Source of the DNA: Spirochaetia bacterium
Lineage (GTDB): Bacteria; Spirochaetota; Spirochaetia; SZUA-6; Bin103
Direction of reading: 5' to 3'
Length of the DNA stretch: 64,000 nucleotides
Assembly: GCA_965203055.1 (NCBI GenBank)
Contig: OZ241863.1
Span: 864,001 to 928,000 of the forward strand
Below, in pieces: positions 1 to 9,651 of this stretch. Numbering within the stretch: position 1 is the stretch's first letter; the number at the start of each line of letters is the position of its first letter. A program made the translations under genes and the position numbers. The notes beneath the pieces are model-generated. The model was given only the letters and a program-made list of their open reading frames with translations, was not told the DNA's origin and ran no database searches.

Positions 1-1
1 T

Positions 2-835
2 CTGTCGCTGGCGCCGGCCCTGTTCCTGATCTTCATGGTGTCGTTCTATCCCCTGGGGTACACGATCTACCTGTCGTTCTTCGAGGGCGGGCTGGCGCGG
101 CTGCAGTACGTCGGGCTCGGCAACTACGCGTGGCTGCTGCGGGACGACTTCTTCTGGGAGTCGGCGCGCATCTCGGTGGTCTACACCTGCTTCACCGTGG
201 CGCTGACCCTGGCGGCCAGTCTGGGGATGGGCATCCTGCTGGCCCAGCCGGAGCGGGGCAATCAGGTGTTCAAGTACCTCGCCATCCTGCCGTGGATCAT
301 CTCCGCGGTGGTGGCGGGGATCCTGTGGAAGTGGATCCTGAGCGCCGAGTTCGGGGCCTTGAACGAGGCGCTGCTGCTGGTCGGACTGCAGCGGGTGAAC
401 TGGCTCGGCAGACCCAACTCGGCGATGACCATGATCATCGCCGGCGGAGTGTGGAAGACGCTGCCGTTCACCGGCCTGCTGTTCTACGCCGCGGTGCTGT
501 CGCTGCCGCAGGAGATCTACGAATCCGCGCTGACCGACGGCGCCGGCCCGCTGCAGCGCTTCGGGCGCCTCACCTTACCGCTGTTGCGGCCTGCCATTTT
601 GGTGGTGCTGGTGATCCTCACCATCAACTTCTTCAACGAACTGACCATGCCGCTGACCATCACCAACGGCGGTCCCTCACGCGCCACCACGGCGCTGCCG
701 CTGTACATGTGGCGGGTGGCGTTCCGCTACACCCGCCTGGGGCTCGGCTCGGTGATCGCCCTGGTGCTGTTCGCGGTGAACATCGGCCTTGCGGTCGGCT
801 ACATCAAGCTGATCAAGGCGGAGAACCTGTATTGA
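2..835 (+). CDS. Carbohydrate ABC transporter permease 1 (5' end outside window)
   Basis: Multiple TM segments; 'YVGLGNY' and EAA-like loop 'EIYESALTDGAGPLQRFGRLTLP'; frame open from base 2. Confidence 0.93.
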   Translation: MSLAPALFLIFMVSFYPLGYTIYLSFFEGGLARLQYVGLGNYAWLLRDDFFWESARISVVYTCFTVALTLAASLGMGILLAQPERGNQVFKYLAILPWIISAVVAGILWKWILSAEFGALNEALLLVGLQRVNWLGRPNSAMTMIIAGGVWKTLPFTGLLFYAAVLSLPQEIYESALTDGAGPLQRFGRLTLPLLRPAILVVLVILTINFFNELTMPLTITNGGPSRATTALPLYMWRVAFRYTRLGLGSVIALVLFAVNIGLAVGYIKLIKAENLY

Positions 836-856
836 CGGGGCGCGGGGTCGGCTAGG

Positions 857-1690
857 ATGCACCGCAGCACCGCCCTTACCGTGCTGGTCTACGCGCTGAT
901 CGTGCTGGTCTCGCTGTGGTCGCTGTTTCCGCTGCTGTGGGGCGTCTCCACCTCGCTCAAGGTCGACCAGGACATCTTCACCTCGCCGCCGCGCTGGATT
1001 CCGGCGCGGGCTACTCTGGAGCACTACTACAGCACCTTCATCGTCGGGCAGTTCTACCGCAACGTGCTCAACAGCCTGTTCATCTCCGGGGCGGCGACCG
1101 CCATCTCCCTGGCCGGCGGGGTGCTGGCCGCCTACTCGCTGGCGCGCTTCCGGTTCGCCGGCAACAGCGTGATTCTGGTGCTGATCCTGGCCTCGATGAC
1201 GGTGCCGGGGCTCACCAACCTGATCCCGATCTACGTGATGCTGGCCAAGCTCAAGCTGTTGAGCACCTACACCGGCCTGATCCTGATCTACGGCGGCTGG
1301 GGCATCCCGTGGACGGTGTGGATCATGCGCGGGTTCTTCCAGTCGCTGCCGCGCGAGCTGGAGGACGCGGCCCGGGTGGATGGCTGCTCGCGGCTGCAGA
1401 CCCTGCTGCGCGTCATCCTGCCGCTCAGCGCGCCGGGCATCATCAGCACCACGATCTTCCTGTTCCTCAACAACTGGAACGAATACATCGCGGCGCGCAC
1501 CTACCTGCAGGCGGCGGTGGAGAAGCACACCGCGCCGGTGAAGATCTTCTTCGCCATGCACTCCACGCTGACCCAGAACTGGGGCGGCCTCAACGCCATG
1601 TCGTTCATCTCCTACCTGCCGGTGCTGCTGCTGTTCTCCTTCCTGTCCAAGTACTTCATCGCCGGCCTCACCACCGGTTCCTCACGCTGA
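857..1690 (+). CDS. Carbohydrate ABC transporter permease 2 (MalG-like)
   Basis: EAA motif 'ELEDAARVDGCSRLQ', 'FLNNWNEY', TM helices. Confidence 0.93.
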   Translation: MHRSTALTVLVYALIVLVSLWSLFPLLWGVSTSLKVDQDIFTSPPRWIPARATLEHYYSTFIVGQFYRNVLNSLFISGAATAISLAGGVLAAYSLARFRFAGNSVILVLILASMTVPGLTNLIPIYVMLAKLKLLSTYTGLILIYGGWGIPWTVWIMRGFFQSLPRELEDAARVDGCSRLQTLLRVILPLSAPGIISTTIFLFLNNWNEYIAARTYLQAAVEKHTAPVKIFFAMHSTLTQNWGGLNAMSFISYLPVLLLFSFLSKYFIAGLTTGSSR

Positions 1691-1740
1691 AGGTGCCTGG
1701 CAGCGCGATCTGCTCGACCGGATAGGAGGACCTCCAAGGG

Positions 1741-2040
1741 TCAAGTTTCCAAGTTTCGTTTGAGGTCTTCCAAAGCAACGATTCTGCCGGCTGCAAAGTC
1801 GTCATCCGATTCCGCAATTGCTTCGAGGTCGTCCTTGGTCAGGGGTTCGTCGTCCGCCGGAGCAGATGCAAGATTTCGGGCAACGGGATCGTTCATGAGG
1901 AACTGGTCAGCCGGTATGAAGGGCGGATCATTCATGAACCTGAGGAACTGCAGGTAGCGCCTGACGGCATGAAGCTCCTGGTCCGGCAGAACGTCGATGA
2001 GTCTCTTGATCTCTTCCCGTGACGTTGCCCGCCTATCCAT
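1741..2040 (-). CDS. Small acidic protein, probable type II antitoxin
   Basis: 'LIDVLPDQELHAVRRYLQFL...DEPLTKDDLEAIAESDDDFAAGRIVALEDLKR' pattern typical of antitoxins paired with RelE/ParE; lower GC than flanks. Confidence 0.6.
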   Translation of the reverse strand: MDRRATSREEIKRLIDVLPDQELHAVRRYLQFLRFMNDPPFIPADQFLMNDPVARNLASAPADDEPLTKDDLEAIAESDDDFAAGRIVALEDLKRNLET

Positions 2041-2119
2041 ATGGGGCCACGCTATATCATCAGGACGTCACGGTCAAGGTTTTGCGGGTTTGTCGACGAA
2101 CGTGGCAGGCTGCGAGGCG

Positions 2120-3949
2120 TCACCGGCCGGTGGTCCCAATTACCGGGGCGGTCTGGACGTATTCCAGGCTCTGGTGGCGGAAGTAGGCGTTGTACAGCTC
2201 GGCGTAGTGGCCGCCGGCCTGCAGCAGCCGCTCGTGGTCGCCCTGTTCGATGATCTCGCCGGCGCGCAGCACGACGATGCGGTCGGCCCGCTTGATGGTG
2301 GACAGGCGGTGGGCGATGACGATGGCGGTGCGCTCGCGCAACAGCTCCTCCATGCCCTCCTGCACCAGCGCCTCGGTGAGCGGATCGATACTGGCGGTCG
2401 CCTCGTCGAGGATCAGCACCGCGGGGTCCTGCAGCAGCACGCGGCTGAGGGCGATGAGCTGGCGCTGGCCGAGCGACAGGTTGCGCCCGCGCTCGGTCAC
2501 CTCGGTGGCGAGGCCGCGCGGCAGGGTGCCGATCCAGTCGCCGCCGCCCACCCGCGCCGCGGCGGCCGCCGCCTCCGCGTCACCGGCGGCGCTGCGGCCG
2601 TAGCGGATGTTGTCCAGCACGCTGCCGTCGAACAGAAACGGCACCTGGGTAACGAAGCCGAGGTGGGAGCGGTAGGCGGCCAGATCCAGGCTGCGGATGT
2701 CGCGCCCGTCGACCAGAATCTCACCGCCCTGAAACTCGTAGAAGCGGGCCACCAGCTTGGTGATGCTCGACTTGCCGGAGCCGGTGTGGCCCACCAGCGC
2801 CAGGGTCTCGCGCGGGTGGATGGTCAGCGAGAAGCCGTCGAACACGCGCTCGCCCTCGGTATAGTGGAAGCGCACGTTGCGCAGCTCGAGGCGGCCGGTC
2901 ACGGCCGGCACCGGGGCGGAGCCGGTCTGCACCACGTGCGGTTCGGCGTCGAGGAGGGCGAACACCCGCTCGCCGGCGGCCAGTCCGCGTTGGAACTGGT
3001 TCCAGAACGAGGCGATCATGGCGAGCCGGAACCACAACAGCCGCACCGTCAACAGGTACAGGTACCATTCGCCGATGCTCAGGCCGCCGAAGCCGGCGCG
3101 GATTCCGCCGGCGTACACCAGCGCCGCGGAGCCCAGGCCGGCGATGGAGATCAACAACGGCGTGAAGCTGGCAAACACCACGTCGTGCCGCCGGTTGAAA
3201 CGAAACGCCTGCTCGTTGACCGGCGCGAACTGGTCATAGAGAAGCTGTTCCTTGCGGAACGACTTGGCGACGCCGATCCCGCTCATCGTCTCGTGCACGT
3301 GACCGCTGACGCCGGCAACCGCGCGCCGCGACTGGGTCACCACGCGGCGGGAAATGCGCCGGAATCCCAGCGCCGCGGAGAAGCATGCCGGCACCATCAG
3401 CAGCGCGATCAGGGTCAGCGGCGCGTCGATGGTGAACAGGTAGGCGAAGATCAGGAGGGCCAGGACTACCTCGCTCACCACGTCGATGGTCATCAGCACG
3501 ACCTGGGAAAAAGTCTGGGTGTCGGACAGCACCCGGCTGACGATGCCGCCGGTGGGGTAGCGGTCGAAGAACGAGAGGTCGTGGCCGAGCACCGCGTCGA
3601 AGACGGCGCGGCGCAGGCGCAGCACGACGTTGCCCACGGCGCGGGTGCCTACCATGCGGCTCACGGCGCTGGCGCCCCAGTCGGAAACGCTCAGCAGCAG
3701 GATGGCGGCCGCCGCCAATGCCACCGCGGCGAAGGAGAACCCGGCGGTCGCCACCTGATCGATGGTGCGCGACAACACGATCGGCAGCGCCACGCCGATC
3801 AGCGATCCGGCCACGATGGCGGCCGACACCGTGAGCATGGCGCGGCGGTCGGCGCGGAAGTAGGAGAGGATGCGCCCCACCAGCTCGCGGTCGCGGTAGC
3901 TGCGGTCGTAGCCCTCGGCGGAAATGCGGTCGTCGGGCGAGGCGCTCAC
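2120..3949 (-). CDS. ABC exporter, fused permease/ATPase (MsbA/MdlB-like half transporter)
   Basis: TM domain; Walker A GHTGSGKS, signature LSLGQRQ, Walker B ILDEAT, AHRLST. Confidence 0.95.
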   Translation of the reverse strand: MSASPDDRISAEGYDRSYRDRELVGRILSYFRADRRAMLTVSAAIVAGSLIGVALPIVLSRTIDQVATAGFSFAAVALAAAAILLLSVSDWGASAVSRMVGTRAVGNVVLRLRRAVFDAVLGHDLSFFDRYPTGGIVSRVLSDTQTFSQVVLMTIDVVSEVVLALLIFAYLFTIDAPLTLIALLMVPACFSAALGFRRISRRVVTQSRRAVAGVSGHVHETMSGIGVAKSFRKEQLLYDQFAPVNEQAFRFNRRHDVVFASFTPLLISIAGLGSAALVYAGGIRAGFGGLSIGEWYLYLLTVRLLWFRLAMIASFWNQFQRGLAAGERVFALLDAEPHVVQTGSAPVPAVTGRLELRNVRFHYTEGERVFDGFSLTIHPRETLALVGHTGSGKSSITKLVARFYEFQGGEILVDGRDIRSLDLAAYRSHLGFVTQVPFLFDGSVLDNIRYGRSAAGDAEAAAAAARVGGGDWIGTLPRGLATEVTERGRNLSLGQRQLIALSRVLLQDPAVLILDEATASIDPLTEALVQEGMEELLRERTAIVIAHRLSTIKRADRIVVLRAGEIIEQGDHERLLQAGGHYAELYNAYFRHQSLEYVQTAPVIGTTGR

Positions 3950-5799
3950 GGCGACGCCCCGGAAACGGCGCCGGCGGGCGCGGCGGCCGCGGCCGCCGCG
4001 CCGGACCCCGGGCCGCGCAACGGCGGCAGGTCGATGTCGTAGCGGCTGAAGATCCGGCGGTAGACCGGGGAGGTGGCGAGCAATTCGTCATGGGCGCCGT
4101 TGGCTGCGATCCGGCCGTGGTTCAGCACCACGACGCGGTCCGCCCACCGGATCTGCGACAGCCGGTGGGTGATGAGCAGCGTGGTGCGGCCGCGCTGCAC
4201 GTTATGCAGCGCGCGTTGAATCTCGTCCTCGGTGGCGCTGTCGATGGCGCTGGTGGAGTCGTCCAGGATCAGGATGCGCGGGTCTTTCAGAAAGGCGCGC
4301 GCCAGGGCGATGCGCTGCCGCTGGCCGCCCGACAGGGTGACCCCGCGCTCGCCGATGATGGTGTCGTAGCCGTTCTGAAACGACTCGATGAAGTCATGGG
4401 CGGCGGCCGCGCGCGCGGCGGCTTCGAGGTCGCGCCGGCCGGCGCCGGGGCGGGCGAAGGCGATGTTGTCGGCCACCGACAGCGAGAACAGGAATACGTC
4501 CTGTTCGATGGTGGCGATTTGCGAGCGCAGGCTGGTCAGGTTCCAGTCGCGCAGGTCGACGCCGTCGATGGCGACGCGCCCGGCGCCGGGGTCGTAGGTG
4601 CGGTTCACCAGTTGGGTGAGGGTGGTCTTGGCGGACCCGGTCTGGCCGACCAGCGCCACCGTTTCTCCGGCGGCGACGCGCAGGTCGACGTCGGCCAGCA
4701 CCGTCTGTCCCGGCTGGTAGTCGAAGGAGACCCGCTCGAAGGCAACGGCGCCGCGCATGGCGGCCCGGTGCCCGCCGGTGTTCTGATCCAGCTCGGTGGA
4801 GGCGGTGATCATGGTCAGGATGCGGCGCGCCCCGGCGATACCGTTGCGCACCTGCGAGAAGCACATGGTCGCCTTGTTGCTCGGGTTGCGAAACAGCGCC
4901 ATCAGCCCGACGAAGGCGATCAGTTCGCTCAATTCGATGCGGCCCGCGCGCAGCAACACGATCCCGTGCAGGAGCGCCAGCGCGGTAGCGACGCCGAAGG
5001 CGAGCAACGCCGCGTTCAACGCCTCGATGCGGCCTTGGCGCACCAGCAGGTCGCGGAACACGCCGGCGGCGCGGTGGAAGCGCTGCCGTTCCCAGGCCTC
5101 GCGCACGGTGGCCTTGACCACCTCGATGCCGGTAATCACCTCTTCCGCCACCGCCGCCAGCCTCCCGTATTGGGTGCGCTGCTCGGCGAGCGCCGGCGAC
5201 ACGCGCCGCATGTGGTCGCGCACCGCGGCGGCGAACGCCAGACCGTAGAGCGCCGGCACCACCGCCAGCCGGGGGTCGATCAGCGCCACGTAGGTGAGCG
5301 TCACCGCGAACCCGATCGGCAAGTCGGTCAGGTAGACGATGCCGGGGTTGATCATTTCGTTGACCAGGCGCGTGTCGTCGGTAGCGCGCGCCACCAGATC
5401 GCCGATCCGCTGCCGGTTGTGGAAGGTCTGACTCTTGCCCAGCAGGCCGCGGTACAGTTCGTCGCGCGCGTCGCGCTCCAGCCGGTGGCCCAGGGTCGTG
5501 GAGCAGACCATGACGCTGAGCAGCGCCGCGGCGTTGGCCAGCATGACGCCCAACAACCCGCCGGCCGCCAGCAGCAGCTCGCGGCCGCCGAGGCCGTCGA
5601 TCACCACCTGCGCGCCGCGCCCGATCATCACCGGGGTCAGGGCGAACATCGACCACGAGGCGAGCTGGCAGAGCACCGCCAGCGCGAACACCACCGGATA
5701 GCGGCGCAGGTGGGAGATGATCCAGCGGCCCGGGGTACGGGTATCGAACGCGGCGCTGCGCGGCGCCGAGCCGGCGGCCGCGGTGAACTCCGAGATCAT
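3946..5799 (-). CDS. ABC exporter, fused permease/ATPase (MdlA-like partner)
   Basis: GQTGSAKT, LSGGQRQ, ILDDSTS; 4-bp overlap with the downstream gene; start taken at ATG 5799 (MISEF). Confidence 0.92.
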   Translation of the reverse strand: MISEFTAAAGSAPRSAAFDTRTPGRWIISHLRRYPVVFALAVLCQLASWSMFALTPVMIGRGAQVVIDGLGGRELLLAAGGLLGVMLANAAALLSVMVCSTTLGHRLERDARDELYRGLLGKSQTFHNRQRIGDLVARATDDTRLVNEMINPGIVYLTDLPIGFAVTLTYVALIDPRLAVVPALYGLAFAAAVRDHMRRVSPALAEQRTQYGRLAAVAEEVITGIEVVKATVREAWERQRFHRAAGVFRDLLVRQGRIEALNAALLAFGVATALALLHGIVLLRAGRIELSELIAFVGLMALFRNPSNKATMCFSQVRNGIAGARRILTMITASTELDQNTGGHRAAMRGAVAFERVSFDYQPGQTVLADVDLRVAAGETVALVGQTGSAKTTLTQLVNRTYDPGAGRVAIDGVDLRDWNLTSLRSQIATIEQDVFLFSLSVADNIAFARPGAGRRDLEAAARAAAAHDFIESFQNGYDTIIGERGVTLSGGQRQRIALARAFLKDPRILILDDSTSAIDSATEDEIQRALHNVQRGRTTLLITHRLSQIRWADRVVVLNHGRIAANGAHDELLATSPVYRRIFSRYDIDLPPLRGPGSGAAAAAAAPAGAVSGASP

Positions 5800-5926
5800 G
5801 GCAGAGGGTATGCGGAAAGAGCCGCCATGTCGAGTGCGAGACCGCTCGTTCCCAAAGCGCCGGGCGCGCCGCCAATGTTCTTCCCGCACGCACGTACGCG
5901 CGCAGAGCGCGCACGCATCCGGGAGA

Positions 5927-5956
5927 TTGACCGCGGGCGCATGATTGGCATAGAAT
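5927..5956 (+). promoter_or_regulatory. Sigma70-like promoter of the solute-binding protein gene
   Basis: TTGACC-18 nt-TAGAAT, followed by RBS AGGAGG before ATG 6009. Confidence 0.65.
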
Positions 5957-6008
5957 CCGCGCCGAACGGTGGCGCTCCCGCAGTCGAAGGGCGTCAAGGA
6001 GGAACACT

Positions 6009-7985
6009 ATGGTGAAGACGATTTTGCTCGTTGCCGGAGTCTTTCTGGCCGCGCCCGTCGTTGCATTGGCGGGCGCCGCCGAGGAGCGAACCGGGGAGGC
6101 AACCGGGCAAGAGCAGGCGGCGGTCCCGAGCGGCAGCTATCGGGAGGCGCCGATGCTGACCGAGCTGGTGGCCCGGGGCGAGCTGCCGCCGGTGGATGAC
6201 CGGCTGCCGACCGAGCCGGCGCTGCTGGAGCCGATCGAGTCGGTCGGCCAGTACGGCGGTACGCTGTTCGTTCAAGCCACCGACAATTCTCCCTGGGGCG
6301 ATCTGCAGGAGGAGACGGAGCGCGGCAGCTATCTGGGGCGCTTCCGCTTCGACCGTCTGGAGGTCGAAGGCAATCTCGCCGAGGGTTTCGAGCAAGCCGA
6401 GGACGACAAGAGCATCACCATCTTTCTGCGGCCGGGGGCGAAGTGGTCGGACGGGGCGCCCTTCACGGCCGACGACATCCTGTTCATGTACGAGGACATG
6501 CACTGGCACGACGAGGTCGAGACCTGGATGTGGCTGCCGCAGGCGCGCCGCGTGGTCAAGATCGACGACTACACCGTACGCCTGGAGACCGATGAGCCGT
6601 ACCCGGTTTTGACCTTGAAGATGGCGGAGCCGGCCGGCGGGGATTGGCACTCCTACTATCCCAAGCACTACTTGCAGAAGTGGCACATCCGGTACAACCC
6701 CGATGCGAATGCGCTGGCCAAGGAGGAGGGGTTCGACTCCTGGGACGAGGCGTTCCGCCATCATTTCTGGTGGAATCCGCGCCAGGACATGAACTTTCCC
6801 ACGATGCAGCCGTGGGTGATAACGCAGTCCAACACCACCAACAAGGTGCACGAGCGCAATCCCTACTACTGGAAGGTGGATTCGCAGGGCCAGCAGCTCC
6901 CCTACGTCGACCGGATCGTGACCGACATCGTGGATTGGGAGACCTACCATCTGCGGATCATTTCCGGCGCTTCGGACGTGGCCTTCGTCAACACGCTGTT
7001 CGAGAACTACTCGCTGTACAAGCAGAACGAGCAGGCCGGCGGTTACCGCGTGGTGCTGTTGCCGGGAAACAAGGGAGCCGACGTCGGCTTCAGCATCAAC
7101 CAGAACCATCCCGATCCCGTCAAGGGAAGCGTCTATGGCGACGTCCGCTTCCGCCAGGCCATCTCGCTGGCGATCGACCGCGACGACTTGAACGAAGCCT
7201 TGTTCTTCGGCCTCGCCGTCCCGCGGCAGTTCACGATCCTTCCGAACGCCAGCTTCTACAAGCCGGAGTGGGGCGAGGCGTACGCTCAGTTCGACCCCGG
7301 CCGCGCCAACGAGCTGCTCGACGCCGTGGGCCTGGAACGGCGCGACCGCGACGGCTATCGGGTCGGCGCCGACGGCAAGACCTTCGAGATGGTCGTGGAG
7401 TACGGCGTCGGCGGCGAGGCGGCGGATCCTTCGAAGTCGCTGGAGCTGGTCAAGGAGTACTGGGAGGAGGTCGGGCTCAAGGTGTTGCTCAAACAGTGGG
7501 AATACGGCTACTTCGGGCAGCGTCGGGAAGATCCGGAGCACGAGATCATGTTCAAGGACGAACCGATGAAGGAGGTGCGCCACTTCATGGTGGAACGTGA
7601 GTCCTGGACCGCCGCCAGCACCTGGGCGCCGTTGTGGCATGTGTGGCTGCTGGCCGACGCCAACGTCAAGGACGGATCGCGCACTCTGGACGACTACGGC
7701 GGCGCGCTTCCGGGTGAGGAGCCGCCCGAGTACGTGAAGCAGCTCTTCGAGTATGGCGAAGCCCGAATCAGGACCGATCTTGGCTCTCCCGAATACCGGG
7801 AGTACTCGCAGAAGATCTATGACTGGCATGCCGAGCAACTGGTACACATTGGCGCCGTCGGCATGGCCCCGGCGGTCTACATTGCCAAGGACCACCTCGG
7901 CAACGTACCACAGGAGTTCTACACCGGGATCGGCGGTTCGATAGACCTCAACATCCTGGGCGAACAGCTCTTCTTCAAACAGTAG
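6009..7985 (+). CDS. ABC solute-binding protein, family 5 (peptide/oligosaccharide)
   Basis: Signal peptide; 'GELPPVDDRLP', 'LRPGAKWSDGAPFTADD', 'RNPYYWKVD..G.QLPYVD'. Confidence 0.93.
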   Translation: MVKTILLVAGVFLAAPVVALAGAAEERTGEATGQEQAAVPSGSYREAPMLTELVARGELPPVDDRLPTEPALLEPIESVGQYGGTLFVQATDNSPWGDLQEETERGSYLGRFRFDRLEVEGNLAEGFEQAEDDKSITIFLRPGAKWSDGAPFTADDILFMYEDMHWHDEVETWMWLPQARRVVKIDDYTVRLETDEPYPVLTLKMAEPAGGDWHSYYPKHYLQKWHIRYNPDANALAKEEGFDSWDEAFRHHFWWNPRQDMNFPTMQPWVITQSNTTNKVHERNPYYWKVDSQGQQLPYVDRIVTDIVDWETYHLRIISGASDVAFVNTLFENYSLYKQNEQAGGYRVVLLPGNKGADVGFSINQNHPDPVKGSVYGDVRFRQAISLAIDRDDLNEALFFGLAVPRQFTILPNASFYKPEWGEAYAQFDPGRANELLDAVGLERRDRDGYRVGADGKTFEMVVEYGVGGEAADPSKSLELVKEYWEEVGLKVLLKQWEYGYFGQRREDPEHEIMFKDEPMKEVRHFMVERESWTAASTWAPLWHVWLLADANVKDGSRTLDDYGGALPGEEPPEYVKQLFEYGEARIRTDLGSPEYREYSQKIYDWHAEQLVHIGAVGMAPAVYIAKDHLGNVPQEFYTGIGGSIDLNILGEQLFFKQ

Positions 7986-8006
7986 GACGCTTGGCGTCGG
8001 CCGCGG

Positions 8007-9563
8007 CTAGGTGAGGAGGGTGGGGCGGAGGTTGGGGATGTCGGGGTCGGCGGGAAACCAGGGGCGCCGGAGGTTGCGGAACGGGACGCCCCGCACCGTG
8101 GCCGGGGTGGGGCCGGGGGTGTCGAGTACGTAGGTGGCGGCGGCGATGGGCGAGTAGGCCAGGTGGTAGTTCATCGGGTTCTTGGCGACGATGAACTTGG
8201 CGGCGGCGGGGTCGAGGCCTACGCAGCGGAACTGCTCGTCGGCCCAGTCGTAGGTGGCGTGGGTGGCCAGCAGGAGGTGCACCGCGCCCGGGCCGCCGCG
8301 CGCGGGGACCGCCAGTACGGCGCTGGGGCCCATGGCGCCCTCCACGCCGTCCCAGATGCCGCCGCGGTAGCGGAAGCGGCCGTCGCTGAGGCGGAGCACG
8401 TGGCCGGTGACGGTGACCGGCTGGCCCCACTGCGGATCGAGCCGGTGCCCTACCGCTACGGTGACGGCGTTCCCGGCGCCGGCGTCGTGGCAGGCGCGCG
8501 CCGCCGCCGGATCCACCACCGGCACCAGCGCGGGACCGGGCAGGTTGGCGCCGAGCAGCGCCTTGAGGGAGGCCGCGCTGTCGCCGGCGGCGCCGCCGCC
8601 GCAGCAGTCGGCGGTTTCCACCAGCAGCACCGTGCCCTCCACCTGCAGGCCGGCGGCTACCGCCTGCTCGGGGGTGTGGACTTGCGGCTCCAGCTCCGCG
8701 CGGCGCTGCCAGTATTCCTCCGCCAGCACGGCGGCGAGCCGGGCCGCGCGCTCCGGGTCGCCGTCGGTGATTACCAGGGCGCCGCTGCCCAGGTCCGGCA
8801 GATCGAGGTAGGGGTGCACCAGAAACATGCTGGTGGACAGCACGCCGGCAGCCGCCTCCAGCGCCTTGGCGCGGCGCATCAGGTCGGCGAACGGGCCGGC
8901 GCCTTCGGTCGAGCCGTTGATCGCGCCGGTCACCACCGGCACCTTGGCCATTGCCATGGTGGGCCGGCAGCGCCCGGCCATGGCGTCCGCCAGCAGCCGC
9001 GCGGCGCGCTCCCCGGTGGCGACCGCATCGCGGTGGGGATAGGTCTCCCAGGCCACCAGGGCGTCGGCGCCCCGCACCATCGCCGCCGTGACGTGGGCAT
9101 GCAGGTCGAGGGTGGCGACCACCGGCGTTGCCGCTCCCACCGTCGCGCGCACCGCGCCGATCAGGTCGCCCTCCGGGTCGCCGACGTGCTCGGCCGCGGC
9201 GGCGCCGTGCAGCGGCAACAGCACGCCGTCTACCGGCAGCGCCGCGCGCAGCCGCTGCAGCAGCTCGCCCTTCAGTTCCTCGTAGGTGTCTCTGGTAAGC
9301 GGGCCGCCGGAGCAGGTGCTGGCGTACAGCAACGGCACCGGCGAGAGGCGCCGCTCGCGCAGCACCTGCAGCATTCCCGCCACCGCGCCGGAGGCGCCGG
9401 CCAGCAGCTCCTCGCCGCGGAGCAGCTCGTAACGCTCATACCAGGAACGGTCGATCGGCGCGCCGCCGAGGTGGTTGCACTCGGTGAAGATGGCGCCGAC
9501 CGCTACCCGCAAGGGCGCGCCGGCCCGCGCGGCATCCGCTTGACTTGGCTTGGTCTCCATCAA
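8007..9563 (-). CDS. M81 family metallopeptidase (MlrC-like)
   Basis: 'TECNH', 'LHGA', 'LDLHAH', 'TYPHRD' MlrC motifs. Confidence 0.88.
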   Translation of the reverse strand: MMETKPSQADAARAGAPLRVAVGAIFTECNHLGGAPIDRSWYERYELLRGEELLAGASGAVAGMLQVLRERRLSPVPLLYASTCSGGPLTRDTYEELKGELLQRLRAALPVDGVLLPLHGAAAAEHVGDPEGDLIGAVRATVGAATPVVATLDLHAHVTAAMVRGADALVAWETYPHRDAVATGERAARLLADAMAGRCRPTMAMAKVPVVTGAINGSTEGAGPFADLMRRAKALEAAAGVLSTSMFLVHPYLDLPDLGSGALVITDGDPERAARLAAVLAEEYWQRRAELEPQVHTPEQAVAAGLQVEGTVLLVETADCCGGGAAGDSAASLKALLGANLPGPALVPVVDPAAARACHDAGAGNAVTVAVGHRLDPQWGQPVTVTGHVLRLSDGRFRYRGGIWDGVEGAMGPSAVLAVPARGGPGAVHLLLATHATYDWADEQFRCVGLDPAAAKFIVAKNPMNYHLAYSPIAAATYVLDTPGPTPATVRGVPFRNLRRPWFPADPDIPNLRPTLLT

Positions 9564-9651
9564 TTGAATCGGCTCGTTCTACCACGAGGAGGGCGCCCTG
9601 ACCACCGGCACGGGTCAGGCAGGCAACACGGGGCGGCGGGGCGGCCGGCCT

